A stretch of 60,387 bases of DNA, counting the filler, from Sphacelaria rigidula (taxonomy: Eukaryota), in the NCBI GenBank assembly GCA_964200075.2. It is 9 parts of 9 records of this genome, joined end to end, with 100 filler letters (N's around TTAATTAATTAA, not from the genome) between each part and the next. Parts side by side here need not be neighbours in the genome. Positions count along the whole stretch, not along the records: positions 47,048 to 53,667 come from CAXNAA020019009.1; positions 53,768 to 60,387 come from CAXNAA020019010.1; 7 more parts are not named here. One strand, given 5' to 3'. A program made the translations under genes and the position numbers. This document shows, one piece after another, positions 51,687 to 60,387 of this stretch (positions are counted from its first letter, which is position 1; each line of letters opens with the position of its first letter). The notes under the pieces are model-generated. The model searched no databases. It was not told where the DNA came from and saw nothing but the letters and a program-made list of their open reading frames with translations.

Positions 51687-53609
51687 TCTTCACCTCTACC
51701 ACCCAATCCACTTTCTGGGGCGGGCGAAGAAAAGGGCGTCTGTTTGTTGAAGCACACCTGACTAGTGCCTAAGTCTTCGGTCGACACCCTCAACTATCTG
51801 CGAGCAAATTTTAGTCGTGGTGGCCGCTGCAGAGGCAAGCTTCAATAGTGTGTCTCTCAGGTGTGCAAGGTATATTCTCGCCGAGGGGCGCGGAGATATG
51901 TTGTATGTTGATTCGAACGGCCTACGCTATGTGACAGTGGGTGAGTCACCCCACCCACGTAATACGAAATCACTTCAGGGGGTAACCGGGATACGGCGGT
52001 CGGTAAGAAACGCTGCGATTGGTTCAAAATAAGATTTTTCAACGCACTTGTGACATTTTGGGGGTACACTATGCTAGGACAATTTGGGGTATTCTTCGTT
52101 GGAAATATCTCTGTCGTTTATGTTGTTGTTTGGATATATGCATGTTGTACACGTCCGTTGTAATTCGAACGGCATGGCAAGTGAGGATGTCATGGTGTGG
52201 TTTCTACGAAGGATCCAATCTCGGGTAAGTGCACAATCAGCGTAATCCACGAAACCTGCAGTTGACACTGGGCATACACACCTTTACCCACCACGGCGTG
52301 AAACTTGTTGGCACCTATACAACATGCTGGACGACTGCCGATCCACATCGCCGCCAGACATCGACACTGAATCCAAGCAGTGCCGGTGTTTATGTTCGGG
52401 TACAGGTCGGCTGGATGTTACCGTGACTGAGAGGGTGGATGACATCGTGTCGGCCACATGCGCTGCCTTCATGCGGTGCGTTACATACGCGTATTGCTGG
52501 TAGAGGACGAGTGGTAAAACTCGATCGCAGGTGTTTTATTACTACAGCATCATGAATATATGAAACATCCCGAGTGCTGAGCCCATACATATGTGGAAAC
52601 TTCCGATACCCAGCGGCTGTTCAATCCTACGGACGGCACTGACAGTAAGGGTGGAGGTACAGACGGTGGCGGACAGGGGCACTACAACACTACCTGCAGT
52701 ATTCGCAGTGGCTTACAAAACGATCGATACGTGACTACACCAGCAGTCCATTTATGGCCCCAAATATATGAGTCTCGATGAGTCTCGACACATGATGCAT
52801 GTATTCGATGTATTTACGCGCACTTCTCATCAGCTCCCACAAACACGGAGCAGACACATCTCTCGATAGATGGCCTATTATGTGGATGTAGGGGGTTTCG
52901 ATCGTTTCCTGTGCGCGCCAAGGACTCTTCGCCCCAAAATCAGTGTCACTCGCTGATGATTTGGGACGGGGCAGTCTTGCGCGTGAAAAAAAAAAATCGG
53001 AACATAATCTGACCCTTTGCCGCCCCCGGGTGAGGCGCTGCACCACGCAAGCGGAGATGAAATTACATAAGCTTGTTGGCTGTGCTTCACAGGACATGTG
53101 GACAAAGTTTCAGCGCGTGGAAGCACCCACAGCGCACGTATAGGCGTTCCTCCGCACCTCAGCTCCTCTACAGGCAATGTGTGACTGGGTTTCGCAGAGA
53201 TTGTCGTTTTCCAGCGGGCGTCCCAGTACAGATCGATGTTTGTTTCCCCTTGCTACAGCCATCGGAGGGCTCATGATGTGGATGTCAGTGCACCGGTGCA
53301 TCAAAACGTGTCACAAGGGTGGGTGTACAAGGTTTCTGCCGCGGGGAGGCCGTGTGGAGGGCGTATGGTCAATATTACGAAAACATCTTTTACCACTGCG
53401 CTAATTTTCGCGCAGAGACGAAACTTGCCCCCGCTTGGTGTACATGCAGCCTGCATCATACCCAACTCGTGTGCCAATTTTCACGTGTGGTCAGTCAACC
53501 TCGGGGGAGAACTCCACGACCAAGTTTGCAGTAAAAAACGGCAAAAAAAAATATCAGCCGGCTAGGCTTTAGCTTCGTATGCGCGTGTTTTTTTTTTTTT
53601 TTTTTTTTT

Positions 53610-53647
<38 letters not shown>

Positions 53648-53980
53648 CCTTTTTTTTTTTTGCTTTTNNNNNNNNNNNNNNNNNNNNNNNNNNNNNNNNN
53701 NNNNNNNNNNNTTAATTAATTAANNNNNNNNNNNNNNNNNNNNNNNNNNNNNNNNNNNNNNNNNNNNGGGGGATCATTTTGGTGACTTGATCCCAGTATC
53801 GAGCGGGACATCATTTTGGCTATTAATACTATTGATAAGTAATTATTATTATAATAATAATATAATAATAATAATAATGATTCTTGACAATCGTGGGGTG
53901 GACCAACTGTTTCATCTCCGACTCTGGTGTTTTGGCCATGACTGATCGTCCGATGTGACCCTGATCCTGCACAATACCAG

Positions 53981-56900
53981 GTTTTTTGGCCGGATACGTG
54001 GCTAGTGCTTTCACGCTGGGACGCACGTTCTCCTCGTACCCATGGGGATGGGCCGCTGACAGATTCGGCCGCAAACCGGTCATGGTTTGGAGCCTGATGT
54101 CCATCGCCGTTATGTCGATCGCCTTTGGCGTGTCGGAAAGCTTCGCAATGGCTGTGTCAACCAGGTGTAGATATTTTCCAGGGGCAGGTGGGCAGGCGCT
54201 GCGTCTCCTTCCTCTTCTTTTCTGGGGGAAGGGGGTGATACTATCTACAGTCACAACCGCGATTGCAAGCATCAGTATGATCGGCTTCCCCGCACAAGAC
54301 ACGATGGGGCTGCCTCCTAAGCCACCCCCCCGAGAACCTGCGTTTATAAACGGTAAAATTTACGATGTGACACGGTGATGAATATGGCAGATTCACGTTG
54401 GGGCTATTGAACGGGGTCATGTCGACTGCGAGGGCGCTGGTACCCGAGATCGTGGGACAAGAGAGGGTGGTGACGGCTATGTCGTTTTTCTCTGGTGAGA
54501 ACGCTGAAGATAGCACATTTTGTACATGGTTTGCAAAGAGTTTGTTCGGGATGTGTTGGGAATTTGTTTCCTCTAGGGTCGAGACACGTTTTTCGTGACA
54601 CAATTGGAGGCGTAACGTTCCATCTCAAGGGTATATATGCTTCGGTTCCGCGTCGTTACAGTCAGGAGGGGCGCGAGTCGCGAGTTTTTGACGGCGGCAT
54701 GTCGTGCCAACAATCGCTTTGGCCAAGACGCCGAGCTCTGCTTCCAGACATGATACTGTCCCGACTGGTTGGCTGCAGCCCGCCACTTGTTGGGGCGGGA
54801 CCAAGCCTTCTCTCGAACAAAATTGAAAGTACAGGATCTCGGTGAGTAGTGAATGATGCTACGGTAGGGGTGCACAAATATGTTCTGACTTCAGAACAGT
54901 TAGGAGCCCTTAATTTCATCCAAAACACGACTTCATGAAATATGTGAGGATACACCAGGATTACTATTCCAATGGACTAGGGATATCCCGAATGAATTTG
55001 CAAACGGGGATGCCCTGACCCATATTCTTGTGCATCTAAAATCGGTAGGAGCCCCTGACCTAGACAACTTTTGGCCGAAAACGGGCACCCCTGGCATAAC
55101 TCTAGTGCGCTTAATGTTTCAACTGTCTGACCAGGAGCCATGGCTGCTGGAATGACCCTCGGCCCGGCTTTGGGGGGTATCTTCGCGCAGCCAGCCGAAC
55201 ACTTCCCGTCCATCTTTTCTTCCACCGGCATATTCGCGAGGTGATCGTTGTGCGTAAGATCTATTTTAGAAGTGGCAGTACGGCAGCATGCCGAGCAGTT
55301 GAGTCGTAATGCGCTCGCCAGTGATCATGTAGCGTAGATGTGGATACGTATCCCTTCATTTCCTGGTGGTTCGACATTTTGTCAGTCTCGGTTTGTATTG
55401 CGTACGCCGCATCTTAATTCCGCTGAGACGACTTGCGCCGCCCTTTTTTTTTGCTGCGAATTTCGTGGGTATGAGTTTTCTTGAAATACGATAACAAAGG
55501 CGACGGATGGCACGCACGGGCACAAGACGTATGCCTGGAGCATCATCCATGTGTGACGAGTGACGCCCGCTAGCCGCGTTACACCACTGATCCTTGCCGT
55601 GCAACACCAACGGATGGGTTTTGCAGGCATCATTCTGTACTAATCTGTCTACGCCCGCCTACGTATGTTTTCCCACAGATATCCCTACCTGCTCCCGAAC
55701 GTGATTGGGGCTGGTTTAGCATTAGTATCTATCATTTTGGTCATCTTCTACATCCCTGAGACCAGGGGGCTGCGGGGGGGATGTTTTGACCGGTGAGGAC
55801 CTGCTGTGGATAAAAGTTTGAGTCAATGGATAAACTGATATATTTCCATAAATTTTCCGAGGCTACAGCTCTGTGCTCATATCAGGCGGGATCTCCTTCT
55901 GTGTTTTCCATTTGGAGTCATACAAGCTAGAATAAATCCTCGTATAATCCTGAGCGTACGTGTTGCCCTGACAACTATCCCTTGGTGAGGCAAATATGGG
56001 CGAGGCTGGTGAGGGGAAGAGAAATGTGTGAAGAGAGAGAAAAACTGGAGCAAGTGTGCATTGCCGTCTCCTTCAGACCAGTTAGGGCGAGCTTAACTTG
56101 GCTGTACTGAGTCTACCGCACACGCATGATGCAGAGAGTGTCGCGGACAATTCCCAGAGATTTAATGTAAAGTTCACACGCCACCCGGGGAAATCTGAAG
56201 TCACATGTTGTTAGCTTGGCTCTGTCCATCGAATTATTCCACACGCCGAAAGCGCCATGGCTCCCAGTAACTTGCGTCTTACGACTCTTCCGAGAAATAA
56301 GGGCGAGTTTGCCTCGAGAGACATGCCGACAACGAGTCATGGAGAATTCAGTCCGAAAGTGGTGCCGACAAGGTGGGGGGGCAAAATATGCTCACATCCG
56401 CCATGCATTCGTATGTCGAATACTCGAGAAAATGACGAATCGTCGGCCTTACGGGAGGTGATGTGCTGTTCACATTGACTTGTTGTGGACACTGGGAGAT
56501 TTCTCGTAAGGAGGCGCACAAGTACCTCGTCAATAAATGCCCTGGATCATGCAAGAGCAGAGACTGTGGCCGAGTTCCGCATAAGAGCTGACCCTTCATA
56601 GTGTGTGCATACAATGTGTAAAACATACACCAAAATGAAATGGACCGATGGGAAACAGTGAATAGGTGACACGATACAAACGAGGCAGCCTTCACCCACA
56701 ATCAAAGCTCATCCGTAGCGGCTTGGCTGGCCCAAAGGATTGAGAGAGATGTTGTCTCAAAAGCAGTTCCTGTATATTAGCTTCGATGCCAAATCGGCAA
56801 CTATCCACGAGAAGCGACCGAAAACCAAGTTGGCAGACGGGGGGAGGGGGGGGGCGTACTCATTTGTTGCTTACCTTAGTCATTTGACCATTGACCACGC

Positions 56901-59644
56901 ATCCCTTTCGAGACGGAGCACCGTTCCTACTCCTAATAGTGGCAAGCGGGGGCGGCAACACCAGTTTCCCTCCACACCGAAAATCCATGTACCTTCGTCG
57001 GCAGCACCTTCGTCGGTGCTACCGGCGAGAACGAAGACCAAAGGCAACACAAGTAACATGCATGTAAAGATACGGTGCAGGCCTGAGCAGTACTTTGTTT
57101 TCCCGAAACATGCCGAGACACATGTGTGCGACAATGAATCAATCAGTTATCGACAACGTGACCTCAAGCTGCTCACCTACACTGCAGTCAAGTAGCTAGC
57201 TGTGAAAAGCTGAACGGTGTTCGGAGCCGTTTCATCCATCAACTACACTCTCAGGGTGTCCATCTCGCAAGTCGAAAGTTCCAGGGGCGTGTCGGGCAGG
57301 GCATGCCCGATGTTTTGGTATTTTTCACAACAGTACGTTCCTGCGGAATAATCTCCGACTCACCATACGCAACATCCCAGCTCATTTCCACAAAAAACAC
57401 CGACTTGTACAGGGCTCGGGTTGCCACATCCAAATCTCTCGATCACCCGTGCCGGGCACGATAGAGGATTCATTTCTGTGTACATGCAGTCAATTGGCCC
57501 GCGATCAGCACATGGCGGTCAGGGATCTTGTGCCTAGCATGGGTAAAATACGCCAACACGACCCCTTGTCCGTAGGCACTCCCCAAGAAAAGCCTCGTAA
57601 ATACCATATCAAGCTTCGATCTGAAACATGCGGGGTGATTCACGGTTCACTCAATTACGCCGTTATTGTGCATCGCGTTGCTCCTGTCCCAATGTCGTGC
57701 ATGCGGCCATCTAATGATCCAATTCTAGCGGGCCGAGGTACAAGTCTGCCGACGATGAGCCGGCTTCTCCTCCTGCCCGAGCTAGCGGCGACATCGACGT
57801 CAACGCAGGGGAAGATCATAGCCGAGCTGTCGGGGCCGGTGCTGACGAGAATGACTTGAGTGATGAGAAAGGTTCATCGCTACATAAAAATGTAGGCAAG
57901 ATCAGAGTGTCTGGCGTCTTCGGAAAGGAAGGGCTGACGGAAATACCCAATATGAGGCTAATCCTGCTCATGACGGTCATATTTTCGGTGAGAGCACTTA
58001 CCTGCCTGTTGTCCACCCTATTTGGTCCCTGAAGGAAACGCTCCTGTAGCCAACAGCGAGGAGGTCCCCCGATGAGACCATCACTGTGCAATTGTTATAT
58101 TTGTCAAATGTATTGAAAATGCTACTTGGTGTGCACTTCCATCGAAACCTTGCATGTTCCCTGTGAGCCCCTGGTGTTACCTCGTTTGACCCTGTTCCGG
58201 TGACATCGTGACATTCTTTGCGTCGCATCAGATGGTTCAGATTGGTTTCAGTGAGGCGTACCCGCTGTGGGCGCTGAGTTCTCTGGAGGTTGGGGGATTG
58301 GGATGGTCGACACTGCAAATCGGAACGGTACGTGCGTATGTCGTCATGGCACAGTTGTCTGCTGACGGTGGGGTCCGGGGCACGATGTTACAAGGACACG
58401 CGTTGACTAGAGTATGGTTTGGGCTCGCCCGGAGAAGTTCATCTTGCATTCGTTATTTCCTCCTTCCTTGCTGCAAACCAAACATGGTCAAATTTCCGAT
58501 AGCGATTTGCAGCTTGGATGAGGAGTGGTGAGAAAGTCGGCGATAACCTTTGCTCCGTAGAGCCGAAGCTTGATTTGTTAGCGTGGGCTCTGGTCTCTTT
58601 GGGAAATGTCCGGTTTAGGTATGGCGTCCGTAAATGTTTACCGTTTTGCCGACATGCGATGAGTGTACTTGATGATGTCAACAGGCACAAACCAAACCCT
58701 CGAAGTTTCTGCGCTACCTCGATTGCGTAGCGAGCGTCAGCGTGACTTGTGGGGAGGGAGACTGAAGGCTAAGTAATGCGGAACATCATCTCCCACACTC
58801 TGGCAGCCCAGCATTGTTATCTAGGTTTCGGGCTGTTGTCATTCCTTCGTGCAGGCGCTCGCCATATCTGGAATCGGGGTTTTCGTATACCAATTCTTGG
58901 TGTACCCCTACCTCATGGAAAAGATTGGGATTGTGAAGTTGCAGCACGGAGCTGGGATTTCAACGTCACTGCTGTACCTGGCGATGCCCAACGTCAAGTT
59001 CCTGAGCTGGAACTATCCCAGTCTCCTCGTTGTGTCCTTCGTTCTATTGGCGTCAATTGAGTGCACCAACAGTGCGGTGAGTGGTATCAGTTGATCTCGC
59101 AATTACTCAGCATCTCTTCCCGTATCTGATGGTATGGAATCGAAATATGGCGAGGTGCTGTCTACTTTATCGACAAACGTTTTGCCTTGCCACCCCCGTA
59201 GCACTCATTATGGAGCCCTCCGCTTGCGTTTACTGTGATCAGATGGACGTCGGGATCATGCTTGCTTCAACCAATCCTGTGCCTCCCCGCCTGCGCGGAA
59301 AGCTGAGCGGGCTGATCTTGATGGCCGAATCCGTGGGAAGAACAGTCGGCCCCGCCGGTTGGGCAATCATGTTTGCGTGGTCCGTCTCTGCCTCAGGCAA
59401 AAACTCTCCTGTGGGAGGCTTTAGATTCGTCTTCACTGTTTCTGCGATTCTCATGGGGGTCGTTGCGGTGATGGGGTGGAAGGCTCTCACGGAGGAGAGC
59501 ATGACGCACGTTGTCGAGGATTCACCGAGTCCACCCTCATCTTCATCGTCATCTTTTCCTGGCAAAAAAGGTCATTCTCCCGATGGCGGCTTCGAGTTGA
59601 TGGAGGCTGTCGTGATCGAGGGCCGAAGGAGGGATTACACGTGA
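53981..59644 (+). CDS. MFS transporter, ZIF1/ZIFL (zinc-induced facilitator)-like; exons 53981-54164, 54391-54494, 55135-55240, 55679-55792, 57729-57987, 58232-58327, 58855-59076, 59243-59644; 5' partial
   Basis: Motif A WGWAADRFGRKPV, RFTLGLLNG, LGPALGGIFAQPAEHFPSIF..GIFARYPYLLPN, IPET, EAYPLWALSS..GGLGW, RGKLSGL..MAESVGRTVGPAG. All junctions are GT-AG and phase-consistent. Confidence 0.93.
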
Positions 59645-60387
59645 TTCTACCATGGGAGGCACAAAACGCTGCCGGAAGTTCAGCTTCAGGCAGGCGTGCC
59701 AAGCGGGATTGATGGAGAAGTGGAGCAAAGAATTCCCTGGAGGGTATTCATCCCGCCCGAATTTCAGGAAAACACGAGTCACCGTCACCGTCACCGTCTG
59801 GAGATCTGTTTCTGTGTTCAAGAGGCCCTCCCACCTGAAGGCCGTGAGCCCCCCGCCAGATGCCTTCAAAGTAAATAATCCGGTATACCCCCCTACCCCC
59901 GCATACTCACATCCATACCCGTAGACATCAGGTGTCACACATGCCAGTTTCCTTCAGTTTTTACCTGAAAGATGGACTACTCAGTCAAAGTACTTTGGAC
60001 AATGTTTGAGGCTGTTGGACTAGTCGTGTAAGAGTTTTCGAGGCCATCACATTCGGTCAAGCCGTGGAATTTGATTAAATGTCCACGGTGGGCAAGTAAA
60101 GTACTAGGCACCGGTCGATTTTGAGGAGGCTGCTGTCACTTCGCCGGATGTTGTCAAATCTACAAAAAAACTGATGCTAGGATACGGGAGGGGGGTGCTT
60201 CGAGCCACTTGTTGCACGAACGGGCCACTCTGGAACGTCGCCGCGAGCAGAAATATCCGCTGGTGTTGTTGCTATCAATTTTAAATGGTCTTGTGACTAC
60301 GGCATGCAAGATCATGAGTACCCCCCCCCCCCCCCCCCCCCCCCCCCTCCTCACGCCCCCCCCACGAAAGCACAACAGCACACTCAG

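Overview
This window is not one locus. It is nine unrelated contigs of 6,620-6,621 bp (1-6621, 6722-13342, 13443-20063, 20164-26784, 26885-33505, 33606-40226, 40327-46947, 47048-53667, 53768-60387) joined by artificial 100-bp linkers (N44-TTAATTAATTAA-N44), so adjacency across linkers is meaningless. The DNA is eukaryotic, with short exons, long GT-AG introns, microsatellites and G/C tracts; a brown alga or other stramenopile is my inference. Spliced genes read directly from the sequence: a GH2 beta-mannosidase (4 exons), an RIIa/D-D-like domain fused to guanylate kinase (6 exons), the last exon of an ALKBH6-like dioxygenase, a multi-repeat MYB factor (3 exons), a ZIF1/ZIFL-like MFS transporter (8 exons), and an enoyl-CoA hydratase exon missing its GGG motif. 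Mobile DNA: a decayed Academ/DUF6589-like DDE transposase, an hAT-type MITE with an 8-bp TSD, an hAT transposase C-terminal relic, and two related retroposon-like families with a fixed 3' end, oligo(C) tails and variable 5' truncation. The most unexplained signals are a very GC-rich multi-helix element at about 23238-23412 whose G.U wobbles all fall on the plus strand (candidate unannotated ncRNA), the oligo(C)-tailed retroposon ends, and two long palindromes. No database searches or folding programs were run; all family assignments come from motif recognition by eye.
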